Source: Macrostomum lignano (lineage: Eukaryota). Taken from it: a stretch of DNA of 64,000 nt. The number at the start of each line of letters is the position of its first letter. The first letter of the stretch is position 1. Where the stretch lies: NCBI GenBank assembly GCA_002269645.1, contig NIVC01001677.1, forward strand, positions 62,001 through 126,000, written 5' to 3'. Both the position numbers and the translations under genes were made by a program. Below the pieces are notes generated by a model. The model worked only from the letters and a program-made list of their open reading frames with translations, was not told where the DNA came from and made no database searches. Below, one piece after another: positions 25,507 to 38,000 of the stretch.

Positions 25507-26054
25507 TGCAGCCAACTTTAAACCAAAATGTCTCTCTTTAGATACACTTAAAGGCCCAAATAAATGATAATTTTCGAAATAAAAACATACTCGGTGAGCA
25601 CAGCAATTTGTGTTTCATGGATATTTCTTGTAAAGAGGATGCGTGCGATAACTTTCAAAAACTAACAAATTAAAATGCTTTGATAGGAGTTGATTGCAAA
25701 AATATGCTGCACTACGTACTTTTAGTCTTTTATATTAAATTTCGGCTCTCCTATTTTGTTTAAGTTAGATTATTGTGCAGAAAGAGAAGCATTCATCAAA
25801 AAGTTGCTGGTTTAACTTCGCAAGTCTAATATAATTTTGCTCTTAAAAGAGTTGATGACTTCTACATTACGATTGACACATTTTATAAAAGGAGTCCAGA
25901 TTCGGGTATAATCTTGCCTAGTTCTTTATAATTATTGTATTTCTATTTTATTTCTAATTATGTCTTTAATTTAATGGAACATGCATAGAACGTGGTATAA
26001 CTAACGAGTTCACGAGAGCGGATATCTTATTACTTGCTTTCGAATATATTAAAG
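25507..26054. promoter_or_regulatory. Probable bidirectional promoter region between the ELAPOR and Kizuna-like start codons (548 bp)
   Basis: Divergent ATGs at 25506(-) and 26055(+); AT-rich and repeat-free. Inferred from geometry only. Confidence 0.55.
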
Positions 26055-29000
26055 ATGGCTTCGGTTGAGTATCTTAAATCAACTGCTCAACTCCAGGAAT
26101 CTATTCTAAATTGGTAAGCTAGTTAAATAATAATTTAGTTGACTGTCAATTCCACTGCTTTTGACTTTTGTCAGAGGTTAATTAGACTTGTACACACCAG
26201 TGCATTCAGTAAAAAATAATTTTAATTTTTAGCTCGTATTCGACTACTGCCTTGTTTCTTTACTAAATTTTCAAGTTTAATTTTTAAAAAATAAAAAGTA
26301 AATTAATTATTTTTTAGTTTCCTAATTTGTACCATTGTTTAACGCTGTTTCTCAGCATATTCCAATATTTTTAAACCTATGTAAAACTTACATATTTTGT
26401 TTTGTGTTATCAATGAAAAAACTTTTGATTTTGCTACGCGCTTGTTAGCTCAATCCATTGCTCTAAAGAATTATAGTTTGATACCTTCGAAATTTTATAA
26501 ATGAAAATGGCTTTTGTTGTCTCACATTGAATATTTTAATGAAAACTTGCTATAAAACTCGGCTATCATACCTACTATCTATATTAATTTTGATTTTTCC
26601 TGCCTTCAGTGTTGCACTGCACTTTTTTAATAGCTTCCTGTCAAATTTTAACTTCTTCAAGCGCCTGAATGTACTTTAGATACGTATTTTTTAGTTTTCA
26701 GGGTTATTAAAATGTATATTTTTGCTAAAGAAACTTACATAAATATTTTTCGTCCATATGTTGCTAAGGATAATATAATCTGCAAGGCTCATTTACACCC
26801 GTCATCACGCAAAGCTTGGTAACCGTCATTTGATGGCAGAGTGAACGAGCAGAGTGGTCTTTGTCCTAATATCTGATGATAAGTAAAGCCTTATTATTAC
26901 GGTAAAGGGAACACTTATACAGCTGTAGACAGTCTATGGCCAAGCTCATTTAGAGTTTCTAATTAATCGAAGCTCGAGTCTGTTGTCTAGATTTTTGCTA
27001 GATTGAAGCCCAAACAGCAGCTGCTCATCGATCAGCTAAAAACAATCGAGCTAAAAACAGATGGCGGAGCTGTCCAGCTGCCAGAGCGGCCCCGAGCCGT
27101 CCGACCAGTCGAGCGAGCTGGACTCGGACGACAGCGCCTTCGCCAAGACGCCAATCCGACCAGACGATGATGGCGACGATGACAGCGCGTCGATCGCGTC
27201 CGATGTTTCCAGCGTCAGCAGCGACGCGTCGATGCACTTCAACGAGCGCGGCGATCGGACCTACTTTCACGTGTGGAGCGACATGCTCACCTGCAACGAG
27301 ATGACCGAACTGGACCTGAAAGCCGAAACCGAGGTGCCGAATTATGTTGAAGGCGACGAACTGGAGAATCCGAATATTCACAAGCCGCTGAGCGTGGACA
27401 CCAGCCTGCCCTGCCCGCTCATCCAGTTCGGCCCGATTCCCAAACGGAGAAGCAACAAAAAGTCAGCGGCGTCGACAGCGACGGACAGGTCCGACCTGGC
27501 TGGCGACGACACCAGAGAAGCTGAGCCGACAGAAAATCATCATCATCATCATCATCATGATGATTGCGCCGAAGGAGCTAACGAAGCTTCAGCATTGTCG
27601 GAGTGCGAAGGGAATCAGCAGCATCGCGACGAGCGTTGCTGCGACTTCAGTGTGGTGGCAGCCAAGAACAATGCCAGGCACAAAGTGGAAGCCCGGCTGC
27701 GCAAGCTCGAGCGCAAGAGACTCGTGCGATATTGATCAGAAAGCTCGATAATAAACTGCAAGTCCTTGAGATTCCAGCAGCAGCTTCCTTTCTGAAGAAA
27801 TTTCAGTTTTACTTGGAAACAACCTGATTGAACCATTTCGTCCTGGCGATCACTTTATTTACTTACGTCTTTTCTCAGTCAGGGTGACTGTTATTGTGTT
27901 GAAAAAATAAACAAGCAACCTCAATTATTAGTTTGTACGGTTTTTTTCTTCTGCCAATTTCCAAGTACATCATCTGGTTAAAAACTGATTGCTCATTTAT
28001 TTTTACAGATTTATTGTATAAAATCATTGATCTTATCTTTGTATTAGGAGATTTACCTTTTTCAAAAAAATCATTTTAGCGAGTCAGAGCGACTGAATAT
28101 GGAGCAGAAGCTTAAAGCGTTGAAAAGCGGGTAAGAAAATACTTTACGTTTTCATGAAAAAAAAATACAAACAAATTTATTTTTATCGACATCAGATTAC
28201 TAAAAAAGTTCTTACCTGCAACTTGCTGATCAATATAATCGATTACTTGACGTTACCTCGCCAGTGTTATCTCTGATCTGATTGGTCGGGAGTCTTCTGT
28301 ATGAGCTGATTGGTCGGCAGTATTATCTCTGATCTGATTGGTCTGGAGTCTTCTGTATGATCTGATTGGTCGGGAGTCTTCTGTGTGATCTGATTGGTCT
28401 GGAGTCTTCTGTATGATCTGATTGGTCTGGAGTCTTCTGTGTGATCTGATTGGTCGGGAGTCTTCTGTGTGATCTGATTGGTCTGGAGTCTTCTGTGTGA
28501 TCTGATTGGTCGGGAGTCTTCTGTATGAGCTGATTGGTCGGCAGTATTATCTCTGATCTGATTGGTCGGGAGTCTTCTGTATGATCTGATTGGTCGGGAG
28601 TCTTCTGTGTGATCTGATTGGTCTGGAGTCTTCTGTATGATCTGATTGGTCTGGAGTCTTCTGTGTGATCTGATTGGTCTGGAGTCTTCTGTGTGATCTG
28701 ATTGGTCGGGAGTCTTCTGTGTGATCTGATTGGTCGGGAGTCTTCTGTATGATCTGATTGGTCAAAAGTCTTCTGTATGATCTGATTGGTCGGGAGTCTT
28801 CGGTATGATCTGATTGGTCGGGAGTCTTCTGTATGATCTGATTGGTCTGGAGTCTTCGGTATGATCTGATTGGTCTGGAGTCTTCGGTATGATCTGATTG
28901 GTCGGGAGTCTTCGGTATGATCTTATTGGTCTGGAGTCTTCTGTATGATCTGATTGGTATGAAGTCTTCTGTATGATCTTATTGGTCGAGAGTCTGATCT

Positions 29001-32000
29001 ATTATCCGATTGGTCTTCTGGCTCATCTCTGATCTGATTTGTTGGCACTCCTGTCTCCATGCTGTTGCTTCCCATTTCGGACCATTTTCCAGCTCTGGCG
29101 GCGCGACCTCAACAGCCCTATCCGGCTACTACCAGGACCTCTGCCAGCGCGAGACTTCAATGCACCATCGGGCTCAGCAGCTCCTAGCAGACCTCGAACG
29201 CGCAGAAACCACTCTGCGCTCTTTGGATCGTCGAGCTGGCCAATTGCGCGCTAAGCGAGACGCAATTCTGGCCGAGCACGGACCGCGCTGGCGCGACGAT
29301 GTCATTGACTATCTGCGCAGACAGACGTCAACAGAATCTCTAGAGAAGTCTGCGCCACCAGCTGCAGCTTCGGGCGCTTCAACAGGTGCAAATCTTGCCA
29401 CCAGGAGCTCCGCCACGCTGAAAGAAAGCTCCGGCTTGGACACCGGCAGTGTCCCGCCGCTGCACCTGTCTCAGCTGAGCAGGTCGGGCGGCGCCAGCAC
29501 CGCGGCTGCCAAAGCTGCAGCTAGCGGCGGCGGCGGCGGCGGCGATGGCGGCGGCGGCGGCTGGAACACCAGCGGCGCCCTGCTTGGCCTGACTGAATCC
29601 ACCATGGACTCCACTGGGTTTTCTAAGTAAGCTCATTGAGTAACCCAATACTAATAGCCAATACTGTACACAGATACGCACTCATGCACACGCTCACACA
29701 GGGTGTACAGAGGCCCTGACCTAATCGTCAGGAATGTACACTCCCTGTGCCTCGGGGTTGGCCTTCGCGGGTGCGAATTGCACTACTAGTATACCCGGCA
29801 CAAGCCCAAAATCAATGTACTTTGCTGCTTTGCCTCTCGTTCTGCAGTAAACATCAGGATGTGTCAGGTGCGGCTCTGCTCCAGCATTACTCCATTGCAA
29901 ACAAGATGGCTATGGTAGGTAGCTCAGCAGTAATGCGCTCGACCTCGAGTCAAAGCTGCCGGAGTTCATGATTTCTTGTTCGTGCGCAAGAACCTCAGAC
30001 ACGACTCTACGGCCCCAAGAGTCATCATAGAAGCGCCACAGAGTCGTTTCAGAATCGCAGATAATAAAACTCCTCAGACTGACTCTTAGGCGATTATTTG
30101 GCGACTTTTTGGCGACTTGTACCGTGACATTTCACGTCGTTTTACAGTCGTCTACAGTCACTTCTTTCTTATTTTACCAGCATTACCTGCAAAGATTCTT
30201 AAACTATTCTGGGGCGACGCAAGTTGACTCTGGGACGCTTCTTGACAGCCTCAATTACCCCAGCTAATGCTGGCACCCATTTTACAGCTGAGTGAACTGA
30301 AGCAATGCAGAGTTAAGTGTCTCTTGCTCAAGGACACAAATTGAATCTTTTTGGTCATGAGTCCGACATTCTAACCACTGGGCTAAAAGTCCCTTCACAG
30401 GTCGGAAATGAAGACCATCTGTCAAGCTTTTACCGTACCGTACATATACTGTTCTTACTACTGCCACTAGTAGATGACCATATCTTCCAACATTTTTATC
30501 CATTTGAAGATCCGGCAGTCAGCTGGGAGACACGGCTCGGCAGAAAACTCCTCGAGGCAAAACGTTGGAGTTGGCGACTTCAAATGAGCAGCAGCAGCAA
30601 CAACAGCAGCCGCGGCCACCACCGGCTCCAGCGCCGTCCACGACGAAATCTGCGACGACAGACAGCGTGGATTCCACCGCCGAAGGCCTGTCAGATCTGA
30701 CCCTGACTGGCCTGCACTGCCTGCTCGACTTCGTGGACTCGGAGATGAAACGAGCTCAACCTCGTATCCTGGCTGGTTACTATGCGACCTCGGCTCCGTC
30801 AGATGCTCTTCGAGCGGAGATCTGCTCGGCTGCGAACTCTGGTGGCGGCCTGCCGAGTCACGTGTCTGCGGTAGGGGAATGTTGAGTTTGTCTCTCTCTG
30901 TTATTGATTTTGCCTTACATTTTCGTAACTTTGACGTGGTGATAGTTCAGTTTTGTGTTAACAACCATTCACAGTTCAGTGTCAGACAGTTCAGTGTCAG
31001 ACAGTCCAGTGTCAGACAGTCCAGTGTCAGACAGTCCAGTGTCAGACAGTCCAGTGTCAGACAAGTCCAGTGTCAGACAGTCCAGTGTCAGACAGTCCAG
31101 TGTCAGACAGTCCAGTGTCAGACAGTCCAGTGTCAGACAGTCCAGTGTCAGACAGTTTAGTATCAGGGAGTTTAGCTACGAACTCCAACTTAAAAAAATC
31201 ACAGGTTTCTGCAACAGCTCTGCTACTAGAAGAGCTCGATCTGTTGGTTGCCACCCGCCTGCCTGGCGGCTGCGTCTTCACCGAGCAGCTGGTGTCGGCC
31301 CTATCGGGCGTGTCGGACCCGCGCCAGCTGGACCGCCAAATTGACATGAATATCGGCGACGCGGAGGCGCGCTCTCTCTGGCGCCGTTTATTGCGCCATA
31401 TGAGGCGCCTGAAGCAGCGCACCGGTCGTTCGGCGCTCGACGTGGCGCGCCTGTTCTGCCCGTCGCTGCTGCCGCAGTCGAGTCCGGCCAGCGTCAGCGA
31501 CCGCCTGGTCAACGAGGCCGTCAGGATACTCAATCTGCCGGCTGGTGGCAACGGTGAAGACCTGCGGGATATTGATGAAGGCGAAGATGATGATGATGAT
31601 GACGAGGAGTCTGTGACCATCGCTTCGGATCGACGGCCGCACCCGAAACCGCAGCCGGAGCCGCAGCGTCCGGTCGTCGGCGAGTCGATGCAAGCCACCG
31701 CCGGCTCTTTCGTTGAAGAGGCCGACGACGAGGAAGATGAGGACGACGACAATGGCGGCTTCGACGTGGAGATCGCGGGCGGTGGCAAGCCGGCGGCGGC
31801 TGTACGAGTCGGCGGCGGCGACAGCTTGAATGTCACGGGGAATCCTGAGCTACGCGCAAGCAGTTCGGACTCGCACGTTCGAGGTGAAGCTTCGCGAAGT
31901 TTCTGTCCTGAATTTGGTAGAAGCAGAAGTTTTTTTTTGATCATCCGCTTATTCTCCACTTTTACCTACAGCGTACGCCGCCGCTCTGCAAGACGACAGC

Positions 32001-35000
32001 GCAGACGAGAGCAGCATCACGGAGCTCACCATGCAGTCCGGCACCAATCGCAGCGGCTTCTTTTCTCACGATTCGCCGCAGCCGAATCTCAAGGGTGAGC
32101 TTTTTGAGATTTTTTCTTTAAAAAAGAAATAAAATGCTTTTACTCTACTAATAGTAGCTCGTAGTTTTTAAGTACCAATTAAAAATTTTTGTACTAGCTA
32201 CTTGCCATCTGTGGGATGCTTGCTATCTGGGGCATGCTTGCTATCTGGGGGATGCTTGCTATCTGGGGATGCTTGCTATCTGGGGGATGCTTGCTATCTG
32301 GGGCATGCTTGCTATCTGGGGATGCTTGCTATCTGGGGGATGCTTGCTATCTGGGGGATGCTTGCTATCTGGGGGATGCTTGCTATCTGGGGGATGCTTG
32401 CTATCTGGGGGATGCTTGCTATCTGGGGGATGCTTGCTATCTGGGGGATGCTTGCTATCTGGGGGATGCTTGCTATCTGGGATGCTTGCTATCTGGGGAT
32501 GCTTGCTATCTGTGGGATGCTTGCTATCTGGGGGATGCTTGCTATCTGGGGGATGCTTGCTATCTGTGGGATGCTTGCTATCTGGGGGATGCTTGCTATC
32601 TGGGGGATGCTTGCTATCTGGGGGATGGTTTGGTATCTGTGGGATGCTTGCTATCTGGGGGATGGTTTGGTATCTGGGGGATGCTTGCTATTTTGGGGAT
32701 GCTTACTATCTTTGTGAAGGCTTTATTTTGTTGTGTCCTTTTGTTACTTTTCGAAAAAAGAGATTTATAGCAGATTTCTTTTTTCCGTAACTTACTCGAA
32801 TAAGGTGATCCTTGAAGGGGGAGGCACTAGATTGCTAGTAAAGCTAATAATGAGATCATGTTTCACTAATTAGGTTAGTGGAAGATGTACGAAGAATGCT
32901 TTTTCTCTATTGGAAGTAGAGTGGTTTGTGCGTGTTGTGTAGAATAATATTTATGAGTTTTTTAAATTGACAGATAATAGAATTTTCTTGCTGCATGTAT
33001 TTGCAGATTTTTTAAACAAAAATGTCACGAACTCAGACCGTCGGGGGGCTATAAAACAGGGTAATTAATCACGCATTTCTTCTGCAAAAAATTCTAAAAA
33101 GAAAGTTATATTTTAATCGTGAACAAGTTCAACATGAATACTACACTTTTAGTAGCAAATTATCGTTTTCAAAGAGTAGAATTTCGGTCACAACTCCGAT
33201 CGGCACTCTTCACTTGTTGACCACTTCGACTTGAATTTTGGAGAAGCACAATGCCAGCGTGCTGACCAACGGTTCCAGGAAGATTGACAGGGTGATGGAG
33301 TAGAATAGCTTCAGCATCTTGGCCTGCATTTCGAAGGCTCTCAGCGCCGGTCTCCAGCACCAGATGATGTTGCACGCGAGACAGGCGAATTCGAAGCCCC
33401 AGTAGCAGGCAGCAGGCACGGCGCAAATCAAGGTGAGAATTCTGTAGGTCCACAGCTTCACCGTGTAGTAGACCTTGTGCGCCAGCTTCCACACTCCATC
33501 GAATGAGTACACCGTATGATGCGGCTCTCCGAACACTTCCTCCCAGCGTACGTGCAAATCGCCATTGATCTTCAACGGATCGCGTTCGTGCACGTCCGCT
33601 TTGGACTCGTCCTCCATCTGTACGTGAACCTCCGACTCGGCCACCTGCAGCTTCGAGCTGCTTTCCGAACTTGCCATTGAGACTTGTGTTGCTGAGGTCT
33701 GTAGAGTCTAGTGCAATTTGATCTTGAAGAGCTAGGTTTCTCCCTCTGTCTAATATTTCAAAACTGCAAGATCTACATGCCAGAGTTTTTTGTAGTCCTG
33801 CGATAGAGTTACTGTATGTGTAGAATCTGATTTCGTTGGGCACAGATAAGACCAGTTGGGTCACGAATGATAGAGGCACACATATCACTCTCGCCAAACT
33901 GATAGCACGAGTCTCCCTCTCTCCCTCTCTCTCTCTCTGCTGAGCAATGCCTCGGGCCTATCTCGATTAACTGCTTTCGTGTGGGAGGTTTTCTATCTGA
34001 AAATTAGTGCCGAACAAAAACAGACAGAATTTTTTACCAGAAGGGCCGACTAGCAGACTCTTTGCTGTCGTTTCGGTTGAGTTCATTAAGAGAAAAGCTT
34101 CTTCTTTTGCAGCAAAATCTGAGGAGAATAAATCTGTAGCAAATTTGTGTCTGCACTCTGCATTCCGGTTATCCGAATTGTCTCGGGCGGAAAATATAAG
34201 CTTTACTCTACTGTGTCACTCTGTTCACTGCAGTGCCGCTCTCTTTCCCGATTGTACTTTTATAGGCCATAGACTAGACATCAGGCTCTCTCTACCTTCC
34301 CACTGCACTCTTAGAGACATAGACATCAGGCTCTCTCTACCTTCTCACTGCACTCTTAGACCCATAGACATTAGGCTATCTCTACCTTTTCGTCTCATTG
34401 CACTCTTAGACCCATAGACATTAGGCTATCTCTACCTTTTCTTCTCATTGCACTCTTAGACCCATAGACATCAGGCTCTCTCTACCTTCCCACTGCACTC
34501 TTAGAGACATAGACATCAGGCTCTCTCTACCTTCTCACTGCACTCTTAGACCCATAGACATTAGGCTATCTCTACCTTTTCTTCTCATTGCACTCTTAGA
34601 CCCATAGACATTAGGCTATCTCTACCTTCTCACTGCACTCTTAGAGCCATAGACATCAGGCTCTCTCTACCTTCTCACTGCACTCTTAGACCCATAGACA
34701 TCAGGCTCTCTCTACCTTCTCATTGCACTCTTAGACCCATAGACATTAGGCTATCTCTACCTTCTCATTGCACTCTTAGACCCATAGACATTAGGCTATC
34801 TCTACCTTTTCTTCTCATTGCACTCTTAGACCCATAGACATTAGGCTATCTCTACCTTTTCTTCTCATTGCACTCTTAGACCCATAGACATTAGGCTATC
34901 TCTACCTTTTCTTCTCATTGCACTCTTAGAGCCATAGACATCAGGCTCTCTCTACCTTCCAACTGCACTCTTAGAGCCATAGACATCAGGCTCTCTCTAC

Positions 35001-38000
35001 CTTCCAGCTGCACTCTTAGAGCCATAGACATCAGGCTCTCTCTACCTTCCCACTGCACTCTTAGAGCCATAGACATCAGGCTCTCTCTACCTTCACATTG
35101 CACTCTTAGAGCCATAGACATCAGGCTCTCTCTACCTTCCCACTGCACTCTTAGAGCCATAGACATCAGGCTCTCTCTACCTTCCCACTGCACTCTTAGA
35201 GCCATAGACATCAGGCTCTCTCTACCTTCCAACTGCACTCTTAGAGCCATAGACATCAGGCTCTCTCTACCTTCCCGCTGCACTCTTAGAGCCATAGACA
35301 TCAGGCTCTCTCTACCTTCCCGCTGCACTCTTAGAGCCATAGACATCAGGCTCTCTCTACCTTCCAACTGCACTCTTAGAGCCATAGACATCAGGCTCTC
35401 TCTACCTTCCAACTGCACTCTTAGAGCCATAGACATCAGGCTCTCTCTACCTTCCAACTGCACTCTTAGAGCCATAGACATCGGGCTCTCTCTACCTTCC
35501 AACTGCACTCTTAGAGCCATAGACATCAGGCTCTCTCTACCTTCCCGCTGCACTCTTAGAGCCATAGACATCAGGCTCTCTCTACCTTCCAACTGCACTC
35601 TTAGAGCCATAGACATCAGGCTCTCTCTACCTTCCCGCTGCACTCTTAGAGCCATAGACATCGGGCTCTCTCTACCTTCCAACTGCACTCTTAGAGCCAT
35701 AGACATCAGGCTCTCTCTACCTTCCCGCTGCACTCTTAGAGCCATAGACATCAGGCTCTCTCTACCTTCCAACTGCACTCTTAGAGCCATAGACATCAGG
35801 CTCTCTCTACCTTCCAACTGCACTCTTAGAGCCATAGACATCGGGCTCTCTCTACCTTCCAACTGCACTCTTAGAGCCATAGACATCAGGCTCTCTCTAC
35901 CTTCCCGCTGCACTCTTAGAGCCATAGACATCAGGCTCTCTCTACCTTCCAACTGCACTCTTAGAGCCATAGACATCGGGCTCTCTCTACCTTCCAACTG
36001 CACTCTTAGAGCCATAGACATCAGGCTCTCTCTACCTTCCCGCTGCACTCTTAGAGCCATAGACATCAGGCTCTCTCTACCTTCCAACTGCACTCTTAGA
36101 GCCATAGACATCAGGCTCTCTCTACCTTCCCACTGCACTCTTAGAGCCATAGACATCAGGCTCTCTCTACCTTCACATTGCACTCGTAGAGCCATAGACA
36201 TTAGGCTAACCGAATGCCCATTCTTAAAACCATAGACACCAGGCTCATTGAATGCCCATTTTTAAAACCAAAGACACCAGGCTCTTCTTACATTCTCTTT
36301 GAAATTCAATTTCCAATTTAAAATAGGAAAATTTTAATTTCTGCCTGAATATAATTTTTAAGATAGTTGGCACTTGTTTTTAAACTAAAACAACAAATCG
36401 ATAAGAAACTTCTCCGAGGAGTCTCCCGTCACGGAGATTTGGTTAATTATAAGTTAATAAAATTTATTTTCACAAAGATCTATCTCGTAATTGACAACCG
36501 GGTAGATTCACGTACGCTAAACTGACTGTGTTTGACCGTTAAACAGAAAGAATCGTGTCTTTTGTTGAAAGTTGTCACCTAGAGATCAGAAAGAGGATTA
36601 ATCTATTACTTCGTATGCAGAGGTGGCATCTTTTAGACAGGATAGTGCCACCTGTTAGACAGAAGTGTCACCTGTTGGACAGGGGTCTCATCAGTTAGAC
36701 AGGAGTGTCACATGTTAGACAGGAGTGCCACCTGTTAGACAGGTGTGTCACATGTTAGACAGAGGATAGCGTCACCTGTTAGACAGAGGATAGCGTCACC
36801 TGTTAGACAGAGGATAGCGTCACCTGTTAGACAGAGGATAGCGTCACCTGTTAGACAGAGGATAGCGTCACCTGTTAGACAGAGGATAGCGTCACCTGTT
36901 AGACAGAGGATAGCGTCACCTGTTAGACAGAGGATAGCGTCACCTGTTAGACAGAGGATAGCGTCACCTGTTAGACAGAGGATAGCGTCACCTGTTAGAC
37001 AGAGGATAGCGTCACCTGTTAGACAGAGGATAGCGTCACCTGTTAGACAGAGGATAGCGTCACCTGTTAGACAGAGGATAGCGTCACCTGTTAGACAGAG
37101 GATAGCGTCACCTGTTAGACAGAGGATAGCGTCACCTAGAGTTAGACAGGAGTGCCACCTGTTAGACAGGTGTGTCACATGTTAGACAGAGGATAGCGCC
37201 ACCTGTTAGACAGAGGATAGCGTCACCTAGAGTTAGACAGGAGTGCCACCTGTTAGACAGGTGTGTCACATGTTAGACAGAGGATAGCGTCACCTGTTAG
37301 ACAGAGGATAGCGCCACCTGTTAGACAGTAATATCGCCTGTTAAGCAGGAACGTCATCTGTTTTCAGATAAGCGTATTATAAAAATTACGCAATGTATAT
37401 TTATAGTTGCCTAAAACATTTTTATCTTAATTATCTATCATATAAGTGGGCCTATTCCATTATCTGTATTCAAAACCCCACCGACCCGTCGCACTGCCCC
37501 GCAGGCTCAAACGCCTACCAGAAGCTGCTCCAGGGTGCCCTGGGCGCCAGCGCAAATCTCAGCAAATCGTTTGACGATCAAACAACGCCAACATCAAAGG
37601 CGCCGGCTGCTCCGGCTGGTTCGGCGGCAAGATCAAAGGAGCCGCAAGTTGAATCGGGCGATAAACTGTGGAGTCCTCAGCCGCTAGCGAATAAAGACGG
37701 TGAGTTGATTGAGGTGTGAAATTTAAATTAACTAACCCAATAACAAATTCATCTAACTGCATCTATAGAACCCTGATTTCAATTATTATTTATCTCAATT
37801 TTAATCAGATGAGAAGACAGATGATACAGGTAATTCTTCACGGCGGCTTATCGTTTGTTCTCACCCTAATTTTAGGATTAAAGCAAAAGCAAAATTTCAA
37901 TTTACGAGTATCAAAAGAGAAGAAGATATGATGAGAATTTACGCGATAAAGAGAACTCAGATTAAAATAAAAGCTACGTGTAAATGAAATTTTCTTCTCT

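Noticed and set aside
28196-28265. Possible KIZ exon (SYLQLADQYNRLLD)
   Set aside because: It needs a frameshift or a purine-rich acceptor; exon 2 joins 29093 directly in phase.
29848-29914. Possible extra KIZ exon (KHQDVSGAALLQHYSIANKMAM)
   Set aside because: The phase-0 end has no matching downstream acceptor; it may be an alternative exon but is unsupported.
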